From assembly GCA_002633005.1 (NCBI GenBank), contig NMRA01000053.1, positions 124,001-188,000 on the forward strand: 64,000 nucleotides of DNA, given 5' to 3'. The notes below the pieces were generated by a model. The model was not told where the DNA came from. It saw only the letters and a list, made by a program, of their open reading frames with translations, and searched no databases. The first letter of the stretch is position 1. Each line of letters starts with the position of its first letter. The stretch is from Phoronis australis (lineage: Eukaryota; Animalia; Phoronida). Made by a program: the position numbers and the translations under genes. Of the stretch, positions 1 to 11,175 are shown piece after piece.

Positions 1-629
1 AACAGTATTAGAGTAATGTCTGCAATTGTTGTTGATGATTAAGCCAATCATAGCCTACAGGTAAATGCGAATAATTTACATCAAGTCCCAGTTAGAAGTA
101 GCCAGGAAACTAAGAAGTACATGTACCCGTGGTAAGCAGCTATAATTGACAAAATATCTGCAAGTAATGGAGTGAAAACTTCACTAATCACCAACAATCA
201 AGCTTAAAATTTACAAGAGAGGAAACAATGAGTTCAAATAGCTTCCAGTGGTGCAATTTCGGACAAGAAAATTGTCAAAACTGTCCATGTTACAAGGGTT
301 TCTAACATTGTAGTCAACAACCATAATTTTTCTAAAATTTCTCACTTGGTACACTAGCTATGATACACAACTTCAAAGCACTAACTATGTGGAGATATGA
401 ATCTTTTATGAAACAAGAGCGACGCGGAGCGTTGAAATGCGCCCACAAATGCACCGCAAACGGTACGCTTTTAGGGGGGTTTATTATTATTATCATGGCC
501 ACTAGATTGTGCAAAAGACGTTGAATCCATACGAAACAGGAACATGCCACCATTACTTTAAAAAAAAGCTATTTATCAAATTTCGTAATAATCTGTCAAG
601 AAACATCAGAGAAACAAAGGAAAGCGGAA

Positions 630-1665
630 AAAATGAAATTGCCACTAAGCCGGGGGGCACAGCATTTGTCTCATCCATCTGACAGTCATCGTCGTCTGTT
701 GTTAACTTCAAAAAATACACTTACTAAATTTATTAATTTAAGATCCTGGAGAGGGCTTATGGATGCAAAACAAAAAAAAATTGTGACTAAGAGGCGCCAT
801 GGTAGTCAAAGTCGTCGTCAACTATACTTTTCACAATGAGAACATATACGCCAATATTCACAATCATCCTCAGAATCGTTTGGTTGATACAGGGCAGACA
901 CCAAAAAACAGACTCGAAAACAACAAAAATGGCCACTAGGTGGTGCAAAATACCTTGAATCCATCCGAAAACAAAAGGATACCGTCATCACACCAATAGA
1001 TGCCTATGTTCCAAAAAAATCAGTAGAGGACCTTTGAAGATACAGAGGTAAACGTAAAAAACTAAAATTGTCACTAGGGGGCACACCGGTATTCAGATTC
1101 ATACAAAAGTCGTCGTCGACGGTTGTCAACTTCACATAAGTACACTTGATAAATTTAGTAAAGATCCTGCAGAGTGTTTAGGAGATACAGCCATGAGCGC
1201 AAAAAAAAAACAAAAGTGCCACGGAAGTGCCACAGTAGTTGAAGTCGTCAGAAAATCATCGTTAGCCATCCTCTTTCAAGTAAGTACATGCCAATTTTCA
1301 TAATCACCCTTGATTGATAGAGGGGCAGACGCCATAAATAGTAAAAATGGCCACTAGGTGGCGCAAAATACCTTGAATCCAACCGAAAACAGGAGGACAG
1401 CATTGTCGCACTAATAGATGCCTATATGCCAAATTTTATGAAAATCCGTTCAGGACCTTTGAAGCAGAGGTAAACATAAAAAACTAAAATTGCCACTAGG
1501 GGGCACATCATTAGTCGGATCTGTCTGAAAGTTTGCTCATACCGTCCCATCCATGAAACACATATGCAAAATTTCATGAAAATACGTCTCCGGACGTACG
1601 GCGAGACGAATCGGATGGGGATGACGGTATAATTCATCCACATATAAATATGTGGGCGCATAAAA
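630..1665 (-). mobile_element. Helentron/HINE (DINE-1-like) non-autonomous element, copy 1, with internal ~145-bp tandem monomers
   Basis: The reverse complement starts TTTTATGCGCCCACATATTTATATGTGGATG and aligns by eye over about 1 kb with 19401-20545. It has a terminal short inverted repeat and internal repeats (e.g. GGCCACTAGGTGGYGCAAAATACCTTGAATCC at 931 and 1349). The family assignment is inferred from architecture. Confidence 0.7.
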
Positions 1666-2163
1666 AGAAGTAAGATTTTATCGTAGGCAAGGACAACAGT
1701 AAAAGCCTAAAAGATCAAAAGCATAAAATGAAAGCCCTATGAGGAAGGGCTTTCACTGGCAAAATTAACTGAGGGGAATATGACGACGAAGGCAGCGACA
1801 CCTTAGACGACAATGACCACAAAACAAACTATGATGCTGAAGATCACGACATTGCAGAGACTGACAACAACACTGTCAATTCTGCCATGCAACACCAACA
1901 CCAACAACTACACCAAAGACGAAGATGCCATCCTTAACGCCAATGACAATGCTAAAGCACCTACAGTGTATAATGATTTCAAATCTGAAAACACTAAAGA
2001 TGCCACGACCAACAAAATCAATGATCCCAGCTATGGTAACAGCACAGACGTTGATCATGCCTCAAGATGACCACGGCAGGCCATGAACAATAACATCGGC
2101 AATACCAATGACGCGATGGAATGAGTTTTTCACTGCAATCAGCATTCCGATATGAAGTTCAAT

Positions 2164-2530
2164 AGGTAAATCACTTACTGAAAAGTAAGCATTCTGAGTG
2201 TCTGGTAAGTCAGACGTTTCTGCTCTCTCTATACACATGACTTTTTTACTGACTGGATTTCTCACGTCAGGTTGACATGATTCTAGAATTAGGTCGTACA
2301 CCACTGAGAGCTCACCCTTGATCCCTGTTCAAACTTTGCCGTCTGGTTTTAATGTAGACGGCCTCCTTAACCTTCCTTGAGCACTAAGTGTTCCTCTCTG
2401 GAAAGGATTCTGGTGTTACACTTGTCGATAGTGTGTCCAATGTTGTGGGTGTGTTCCAGTCAGTGAACAAGGCCAAGAGGGTGGACATGTTTGATTTACC
2501 AGACTTAATGCTTTTCAGTAAGTGATTTAC
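2164..2530 (-). mobile_element. Penelope-like retroelement 3' fragment (GIY-YIG C-terminus) with inverted pLTR piece
   Basis: Minus strand ~2460-2310 reads EHTHNIGHTIDKCNTRILSREEH/RKVKEAVYIKTRRQSLNRDQG (one frameshift), matching the H..GH.ID..N..IL..E...R..KEA..I.....LNRD.G tail of Penelope GIY-YIG domains. 2164-2210 and 2496-2530 are inverted copies of each other. Confidence 0.8.
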
Positions 2531-2936
2531 ATTACAAAGATGACCCCTGTAGCCAATATCTTACACAACTGATTAACAAAATTCTGGCATTTATGGTTGG
2601 AGGGCCAGCTCTCTTGTGTTTGATAATTGATCTAATCTCCAATAAGATCGTATCTAGCCTGACTGGGCTGTGCTATTAAAATAAAAGCAAAGTTATAACA
2701 TATTTGAACATAATGGTGATCACGTTTAGATTTTGAATCGCCAAAATCGCCCAACTAAAACCGAAGTTACGACAATCTATTCTTTCCGAACGTACCAAAC
2801 TGCTCTGGGTTTGACTGTGTTCACACGTGGTCTGTAATAAGCCTGGTAGATAATTGGCCTGCCTGTAGTCATACCAGACAAAAGACTGTGCTTGGCAGTT
2901 AACAAAGATGCTAGATCTTAATTATCACACACTCAC

Positions 2937-3009
2937 AACCCTCCAGGTCTGGTAAAGTCACTGAACGGGAGAACGCCGTCATGACTTATTGAAGAACACC
3001 AACGACAGC
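2937..3009 (-). other. Candidate exon of a divergent minus-strand transcript
   Basis: Minus strand TTATTATTTTCAAG|GCTG...GGGTT|GTGAGT; good acceptor and donor; product not recognised. Confidence 0.3.
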
Positions 3010-3484
3010 CTTGAAAATAATAACATCACCAAAACCACCACTGATGTGATTGCAATCACTGTAATCATTATAAAACAGTAACAAAATTTGTAAAGAATCA
3101 GAAAGGCTTGACTAGTACTACAGGGCCAATCAACAAGTAAGCGAGGAATTGTCTATCAATAAAAGAGTGATGGTCAGAAACTTTGAAATATTTCAAGAAT
3201 GGTCAGTTGCACAGATAACTTGTGTAGTGCTTGGCGAGATATGTATACGGTATGTGCGTTTGTCTTTGTGTTTGTGTTTGCGTGTGCGTGTACCAATTTC
3301 ATAAAAGATCTGTCAAAGAACGTCTGTGTTACGGCACCGTAAACAATTACCATCACAGTGCCACCTTATGTGTAATTCAAATAAAATGCAACCATTCCCG
3401 AGATAATAAGTCACATTTTGCATACAAATGTCAAGTCAATCAAATGAAAAATATGGCACGTGTCAATGCAAAACACAGTAGGGT

Positions 3485-4325
3485 CTAGAACCGGTGTTAT
3501 TCTTCACCCCTGAAACAACTACTGCACGCCTGCTAGCATGCCATCGTCAGAACCTAGTCAGCAGTAAGTCAGAACCAATCTGAAAATAGCATGTTAGCGC
3601 ATTCCAGATAGCCTTTAATGAGACCTATCTACACATTAAATTAGAGAAGAATCTTAGGACCGTGCACCTAGAGCTCTGCAAAGCAAAAAATCAAAAAAGG
3701 TGGATGTCAAATGGCTGTCTGGTGTTCTATTTTAACCGAAGGCAACAGGTTTCGAACTGTTCATGAACTAAATGTTGTGTGTACATTTTGTGTCAATCCG
3801 TCGTGGGAGTAACAGGGAGGGTATAGAACCCGTGTTGTTCTTGAACCTTGAGATGTGTGACTGCTGAAGTCTGAGAAATATACCAGTGTCGTGGCTTAAT
3901 TAATCACAACTAAATCATGAATATCTCAAGAATAGTAAGTTGGAGCAAGTAACTTCCTTCAGACTTTTTGTATGAGAACTATTCACAAATTTCAGAAAGA
4001 TTTTTCCAATAGCGCAAGAACTACGGCACGAGAAATCAGTCAATAAAAGAGCAGTCGTCGGTAGGTTGAAGCGAAAAACATGAGAAACACTCCTCCAGAT
4101 AGCCCTTTAAGAGACCTATCTACCAACAAAATTTAGAAGAATCCTTCAAACGACTGCAGAGCTAAAGCTCTGTGAACCAAAAAATTCGAAAAACGATTGT
4201 CACCTTTGTTCTGATTTGGCCCAAAACAATAGGCCTTGAGATTTTAGTGAGATACATATTGTGTGTAAACTTCACATCGATTGGGGGGAAAATATGACCA
4301 GTGGCGTTCCTATAAACAAACTAGT
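3485..4325. repeat. Old HINE-like repeat with internal duplications
   Basis: Internal direct repeats: TAGAACCGGTGTTATTCTTCACC (3486) vs TAGAACCCGTGTTGTTCTTGAACC (3823); CCAGATAGCC..TTTAA.GAGACCTATCTAC at 3604 and 4095. Confidence 0.45.
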
Positions 4326-4862
4326 CACAAAGATATCAAACTTCACTGCAAAGCAACACACTTAACTGCCAAGTAATGAAAGCACTCTAAAGAGCTACAT
4401 TTGGTGAAACTCGATGCAAAATGATTATGGTGAAGCTGGATAATGATGATGATGATGAAAATGAATAAGAAGTGTATCCTTGTACTGCACAAAAGTTTTA
4501 GACAGATGCATGCAGCTAACCTTAACTTACAGGCCCCATGCAGCACCTTTTTTGGTGTTACTTGCAAAATTAAATCAATTATTCTCCAAGTAAACTACTC
4601 AAAAATACAATGCTCACGTCAATTAATTATGAATAACCTGGAAGGAAAACTACAAAACCAGGTATTTCGAATATGTTTAAGACACTTCAATTTGTGACAA
4701 ACATTATGAATTTGCAAATTTTCATCAACATCCGATCAAAGAACCTGGTAGACATCACGGTAAACACGGTAAGAAAAACAAAATTGCCTCTAAGCAACTC
4801 TGCAGTGGTCGCGCTTTATGAAAATCCACGTCAGTTGTACTCTGCTCAGTAGAAACAAATAC

Positions 4863-5002
4863 CTCCAGTGTTACTCCTAGCTCGTCGTTTCATCATAGTT
4901 TTGATCCGCGAAGTTCCATCCTTCTGCTGTTGCATTATGGGATTGAGGCACTCGACAATGAATTGAGTTACAAAACAAGCTTCGACTCCATCTTGCTTCC
5001 AT
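4863..5002 (-). other. Candidate exon of a divergent minus-strand transcript
   Basis: Minus strand GTTTCTTGTAATTTTTCAG|ATGGAAG...CTGGAG|GTATTT; contains an open frame MQQQKDGTSRIKTMMKRRARSNTG ending in phase 1; not recognised. Confidence 0.35.
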
Positions 5003-5945
5003 CTGAAAAATTACAAGAAACAGATGTAACATTACTATGAAATAAACATTCTACACAGCATCGACAGCAATTCCTCGCCTATGTAGCACACAAACTTTAT
5101 TTCGTCAAATTTCCGAAATAAAATATAAAAGATTGATACAATTTTAAGGTGTATTACTAATCTATTACTAGTTGGGTGTGTACTGTGCAGTCGGTGGTCA
5201 AAAAAGACACTTTTGATCAAGTTCAGATTGTTTGCACTATAAGAAATCAACATTTGAAAATTGAAAAACGGCAATTTTGGTGATCATTTTTTTGTTAAAA
5301 CATGTGAAAAACTACTGCAGCTTAATAGTTAGTGCAAGAATACAACAAAAACCCACGGTCCAAGGGGAGTTCAGTTTCATTTTTATCCTTAACCAGTTGA
5401 GTAGTAATGACCGTTCAATGCAACACTACGTCCCCAATAATGGGCAGCCACTGGTCAATGTGCATGTTGGGCCTACGTCTTTGTTTTTCTCAATTGAACC
5501 GAGGTGTGAAGCACAAGTAACACTTCTATTTTTCATTGCCGTCATCACGCAGAATCTACATGGGGACATACACATTAACATCAAATTTTGTCAACACTAC
5601 AATTCCACAACCATAAAAGTGATTCTTTCCATCTACAAACATAAGGACTTGTTTTTTCAAACTGTAGCCCATGTCCTTGATGCTTGGTAACGATTCTCAC
5701 TCATCAGATTTTGTGGGAGGTGAATACCCTCGACCTGTTCACGATATAACCCTAGCTCGCAGGCCTCCTCAGGCTGCAAGGAGTTCCCACAGTTATGCGT
5801 CACACCCCCATCAACTCCGAAGGCTCACTATTCCGAAAGTTCAGTGCTCGGAAAGTTCACTACAGTAACTCTGAATGTCTGCTAATGAAGGGGAATGTAC
5901 ATACATAAAGTAGTCTCTTTGTGTCCATTTAGTGAAGACTGGCAG

Positions 5946-7032
5946 GGACAGGGTAGCCTATTACACGTAATTTTCGATCCAGCCAAGTGCGTGGTTACGG
6001 TGCCGGCAGTGGCCGAGGTTGATGCATGATAGGGAATAAACTTTTCCGTGAAATGATAGGATCAAGACATATGGATTTGGTGAATGTATCGATTCGGATA
6101 ATTAATTAATATTCCTACTTTATATTCTTTTAAAAATGCAAGTATGAACTCATTTTGGGTATTCATAAGACATGTTTAAAGCCCAATTTTGCATGCACAG
6201 GATGTTGTTTTTGGTGGGTACATTAAAGCATCTAATAACCAAAGTATTGTATTTTAAATACAAAAACTACACTCACATCCAACAATTTTTATGTATAGTT
6301 AGCGCTCAAAGTAGTGCACCTTCGGAGTAATCAGTGGGCTGTTCCCGTTTCCACCCCCACAAAGAAATTGGTAAATATGGCAAGTTGCTGAGAGGCTTAG
6401 TAATATATGCAAGTGTGAAAATTAAGTTATGCTAATAGGATTTATTTACACTAAACATAGAAATTACCTTATCCGACAGAGTGCATGAAATATCATATCA
6501 AGCAATGTTGCAAACCAAAACATTTTTAAACCCGGTGTTCTAATTGAACCACTCTATTCTAGCAAGATGGCGCCACAATCAACTAAAGTGGAGGTGCTCG
6601 ATGAGATAACAATGCTGACTTGTGGGATAGAATTCACTGTTTATGTTCTATATTTACAGCGAAGATGATTTTTTTCATAGCAAGTGCTTCGCGAATGTCT
6701 TGAGTCGATCTACAGAATTCACTCCTGCCCTCAGTAGTCTCGCTAGGAGGCATGCTTTGCTTGCAATGCACGGCAATACTGCCTCACGAACTCTTGGGAG
6801 TCTTGGATACTTTTCTTGCACAAAACTAGGTTTACTGAACACATGCCTGAAAGGCTACATCATAATATTACCGGCTAGGAATAAGAGCCAAGTCCACACG
6901 ACTGGTGGACCTTAGTCCACCAACACTACCACAATTCTTTACACTTGAAACAATTGTTCCGAATATGCAACAGGCCTACTGGTTCAATTTAAAACGCGAT
7001 TCATTTTATGTGTCCCTGACCCTACCCTGTCC
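5946..7032. mobile_element. Probable old non-autonomous DNA transposon (TIR GGACAGGGTAG)
   Basis: GGACAGGGTAG at 5946 and its reverse complement CTACCCTGTCC at ~7022-7032; inner inverted pair GTTCTAATTGAACCA (6537) / TGGTTCAATTTAAAAC (6980). No clear TSD. Confidence 0.4.
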
Positions 7033-7429
7033 TTTGTGATGTGCGCAGAAATTTGCTGACGAATATGAATGACGATGTCAGAGTAGTTAGATTATTTCAA
7101 AGCCACTGCAACAATAGTCTGACCATGAAAGCAACTAATTTGGTCCTAAATTTAACTGAAATAATCATCGCCGCCGGTTCAGTGAACATGATTCGCCTCT
7201 CTGTAGGCGTAGGCCTGCGGCTACGCTTTCAAACCCGGGCGCATTGCCGAATGGCATTGCCGGTGCAATGCAAAGAGAATATTCCGCATGATCACGGCAG
7301 CAGAAATTAAGTGTCATTTGACTTTTCACGCGTTTTACTTCAGATCATAACAGTTACAGCAATGTGCACGGCTATTATGCAGTCAAAGCTTTCATCTCAG
7401 TACTGAAGCCCAGTTAAATATAATGCCTT

Positions 7430-8000
7430 CACTTACTCATGCAAACGATGCGGAAGGAAAACAACATTCCCTGTGGATTTTCTTTTCTTTATTTACATAC
7501 TTTAATAATAACTGAGAAGTTAACCAATCACACCCGAGGACACAATGAATGGCGTGGTTGAACAACCAATGAAATGCGGTAACATTAGTCTTCGTGAAGT
7601 CGCTGACCGAACAGAAAAAAATCAATAGTTTACTTATAAATAATTGAACTAATACGTGTTTTGTTGGCTCAAAATATGTACTGTCACTTCAAAGAATGCC
7701 TTATTTCTGCTACCAACAATATTCACCTAAATAGGTGATGGCAAAAGTGTCGAAATAAGCGAACATCTGAACCATGTTGTTTAGCAGAAAATCATTATGC
7801 CCGTTCGGGATGAACGCGAGGTTGCACACAAACTTCCAATGTGGCGAGCAGACTGCATCCTGATGTGGTACTACTTTGTTTGTGAAACAGTGTTTATAAT
7901 TAAACAGCTGATAAATTGAACGTTGGCGAAACCAAGTGGTGAAAAGTCGGTTGCTGAATCAAATTTCCAAAATGGCGTGTATAATAAGCCAAATTCATTC
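7430..8000. promoter_or_regulatory. Putative bidirectional promoter (INO80D + / unknown transcript -)
   Basis: CCAAT boxes at 7524, 7566 and 7836; YY1-like CAAAATGGCG at 7968-7977; plus-strand donor CG|GTGAGT at 8220 and minus-strand donor GTAAGT at 7436-7431 point away from each other. Confidence 0.45.
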
Positions 8001-8219
8001 GACATTTTTGACATGGCCCTCGAAATAACACAACTTCCTCGCGGATGAATTGTAAGAAACGTGTAAATTTCATCCATCTCTAATTTGCTTTAAATGGCAC
8101 AGGAATCGAATACAGAGACAGGATTGGATTATTTGCATTTTTTGTCATTTTGTTAATATGTGACTGAAATTTTTGAAGCCAAACGGGGTTTTCCAATGTT
8201 GAAGTGGGTCACCGTACCG
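7960..8219 (+). other. INO80D: Probable non-coding leader exon of INO80D (start approximate)
   Basis: Strong donor ACCG|GTGAGT at 8219/8220; the start-codon exon has an acceptor (TTTTTAG at 10911), so an upstream exon is required. Confidence 0.5.
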
Positions 8220-9799
8220 GTGAGTAAAATGTCAATGGTGCGCGTCATTATTACAAGCGAAGAAAAACAGTCGGCCATCTTTGAGTAGACATTTGTAAAA
8301 AATTATTTGTATAAAATACAAATAATCTTCACCATGTTTTCTAATATAGGTTAACATGTAAGTATCTTGTCATCTAGTGATACCATGGACCAGTTTATTT
8401 TGTATTTGTTCTTGTGAAACTGTAGTTTTTAGGGATTTTATTTTTACTTCCTCCATCAAAATTTTTGCAATTGGGCACCGAAAATGACGTCGTAAATGGT
8501 TTTTCTCTTCATTAGATATCCACTTGTTTGGGTGTGTTTTGATTAATTGTTTGTCCGTCATAACATGTGTGGTTCATAATTGTCAGAAATGGGGCTGTGT
8601 AATAGAATTTTGGATGTTGTACATGGGGGTTTCCCCAAAAATTAAAGGGAATTCCAGGATAGTGAATCGCCTTGGTTTAGACCGTTTAGATCTAACATAT
8701 TTTATTCTAAGATAGTTGTGTTGATTATCACTTGTGCTTCAGAATTTTATGTAGTGGAACTTCACCACTAGCTTGGTTGCTGCGGTAGTTTGTCAATCTT
8801 GGTTTTATTGTTGAACAGATCTCTGTTCTGGTAACTGGTAACTGCTACTGTCAGTGTGCCAATTTCATATTGCTAACTAATCCTACACCTACGGCGCTAG
8901 TGAGTCGCTTCTAGCATTTGAGAAGTCCAAAGTGTACTATTCTGGTAGAAAATTTCTTCTTCTTTCCGATGATGTGCATATTTCTTGAAATTAACTAAAA
9001 CGGTAGATTGACACATAAGCTGTCAGCCAAGTTAGACTTCCAATTATTTGCTAGAAAGACAAAAAACAGATCATGTGAGACTTTGGCCCAATTTGGTGAC
9101 CTCCTGAGTCAGATCTTTTTAACTTTCGTATCCATGGTTTTACTGACCAAAATTTATTCTTGGTATTACCAAGACTGTTCGCAGTAATTAAAACTGCATT
9201 TCCTTGTGTTAGGTTGTCTAAAAATCAAAACTATAGTACCCTGCCAAATCAGTCTTGAATTTTTCCTTTAATTCGAACCTGTTTAGCTCGCTTAAACAGA
9301 AATGGAATTACGCCTTTTACTCGTTTAAGTTAAGTCGTAATACTGATGATAGTGATAAGATTCTGTTCAGCGGTTCATCCAAGTTTAAACAAATAAGGCG
9401 ACCGGGACCCTGTAAGTGACTGTTGCCATATTGTGGAGACATGGGTTGGCAAACAGGTCGCACATACATCTTGCATCATATCTTAACCTACTTTTTATTC
9501 TGGACAGGCATGCTCCCACAGTTGCAGCTACCGAGTGAGTTAAAAGAAACACGAATGTTTATTTTTTGGACTTCCAAATGTTGAACAGGGCAACCAAGCT
9601 ATTATTTGGATGGCTGCTATATGAAAGCCTGATTCCAGTTGCATTACCATCAACAACATAAACCATCAGCGACTAAAGAAAAGTCTTGAGAGTTTATTGG
9701 AATTGGCCAACCTTAAAATTTCAAATAAAAAAATGGCCCACATGCGCATTGCATGTGATTAGAGTTGCCGGCATATATGGCAACAATTCAAGATCATGT

Positions 9800-9884
9800 A
9801 AGCGTGGTAATGGTTTTAAACTCTAAGGCACTCTTGTTGAAAATTCAACATTGACAGCTAAATAGCGTGGAAATGCCCCTTTAA
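9800..9884 (+). mobile_element. Right end of Kolobok-like (TTAA-flanked) non-autonomous element
   Basis: AGCGTGGTAATG...TTGACAGCTAAA...GGAAATGCCCCT|TTAA recurs at 39355-39441; the complementary terminus AGGGGCATTT occurs at 63773. Confidence 0.5.
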
Positions 9885-9961
9885 ACATAACACAAGGTTA
9901 TTTCATGAAGACCATCTGGAGTATTTATGAGTTATAAACATTGTCTCAGTACTGTTCATAG

Positions 9962-10304
9962 CAGGCCTTCATCTAGCAGGGGTCGAGGGTGCCCTAGCTA
10001 ATATGCCTTGTTCACCATTCGGATGCCCCATGTCAATGGAACACCTCTGGTTACAGGACACCCACTTGTTATAAGGGCTCAGAGGATCAGTGATAGCCTG
10101 ATTGCCATCTAATAAGCTGAACTATGCCGATGGACAGTGCTACATTTCATCATTGTTCAATTGTCAGTTAATGACAAAACACACTGTAACAGCAACTCAA
10201 CTTGGGGTCAGAAAAAACGGTCACATGCCATTGGTCATGGACACCCTGAGAAATTGGGAACCCATTTTGAGCACCCCATTGTTAAAATCCTGGATAAACA
10301 CCTG
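9962..10304 (-). mobile_element. Diverged hAT-like MITE, same family as 63007-63483
   Basis: Reverse complement of the right end, CAGGTGTTTATCCAGGATTTTAACAATGGGGTGCTCAAAATGGGTTCCC, matches CAGGCCTTTATCCAAGATTTTGAAAATAGGGTGTCCAAAATGGGGTTCCC at 63007; left end CAGGCCTTCATCTAG. Confidence 0.65.
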
Positions 10305-10753
10305 TATTAAGTAACAGTCATAAGTATCTAAAATATAACCCCGTTTGGTTGTGTCAGCAGAACTATACCTTGACCACTTCAATTCAGTTGCGAGTTAGTT
10401 CTCACTTTCAATTGAATATTGAAACAGATGCTGTTGTGGCAGAAATTGTTTTAGTATTATGAGATCAATTTAATTAGCAAATTATTTTGATTTCACATTT
10501 ATGTAATAAGTGGATAGGAACTGCCTGTTTTCTATTCATGATTCACATTGTAGATGTAAAGTAACACATTTTTGAAGTTGCTAGCTGTCCAATAGGAGCT
10601 AAGTAGACTGGGCTGGTTTTAATCTTTTATTCATCGCATTGTTACAGACACCTATTCAGTTATGAAACGGTTTAATGGGCAGAGGTTATCCTGCTTTCAT
10701 TTTGTTAATTTTCTTAATTATTGATATTGTTAAATGTAAGTTCGGCATAATTC

Positions 10754-10817
10754 TGTGCTGTGCTGTGCTGTGCTGTGCTGTGCTGTGCTGTGCTGTGCTA
10801 TGCTGTGCTGTACTGTA
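10754..10817. repeat. (GCTGT)n pentanucleotide microsatellite
   Basis: About 12 tandem TGTGC units seen directly. Confidence 0.95.
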
Positions 10818-10924
10818 CTTTACTATGGCAAAAGTTGAGCAAAATCCTGGACTTCAACTAACATGATCTTGTATGTATGAGTCTCCCACTGAAATGACAT
10901 CAACTTTTTAGATTCACCTCCATC

Positions 10925-10948
10925 ATGCCAGTGGACAGCTTCCAGTGA
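10925..10948 (+). promoter_or_regulatory. uORF MPVDSFQ* in frame with the INO80D CDS
   Basis: ATC ATG CCA GTG GAC AGC TTC CAG TGA ATC ATG TTC: the stop lies one codon before the main ATG (10952), within the exon starting at 10912. Confidence 0.6.
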
Positions 10949-10951
10949 ATC

Positions 10952-11175
10952 ATGTTCCAAGGTAGCAACGTTCACTACTCGCCCATCGACCACAAGCCGT
11001 TATGCTCGTACAGCGTCAAGCTGTGCAAACAGCGCCGGCTCAACGGCTACGCGTTCTGCGTACGGCACATCCTAGAAGACCCGACGGCACCGTTTAAACA
11101 GTGCGACTATGTGCTGAATGGCAAGGCTGGGCAGCAGCGATGTACCAACGCCATACCCAACGATAAGGAGCGCAG
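10952..11175 (+). CDS. INO80D: INO80D coding exon 1 (exon begins 10912)
   Basis: First zinc-finger domain; donor CGCAG|GTGGGT, phase 2. Confidence 0.95.

Noticed and set aside
1780-2110. D/N/T-rich ORF-like stretch (1813-2070)
   Set aside because: Decayed (GAC/AAC)n trinucleotide-like low-complexity sequence; no splice or homology support.
2567-2670. Possible further minus-strand exon (PVRLDTILLEIRSIIKHKRAG...)
   Set aside because: Open in one frame with plausible splice sites, but the peptide is unrecognisable and the acceptor choice is ambiguous.
10675-10866. Cys-rich ORF with CCAVL repeats
   Set aside because: Translation of the (GCTGT)n microsatellite.
10946-10948. In-frame TGA as selenocysteine
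   Set aside because: Homology to INO80D starts at the downstream Met, and I could not identify a SECIS element in the 3' UTR by eye.
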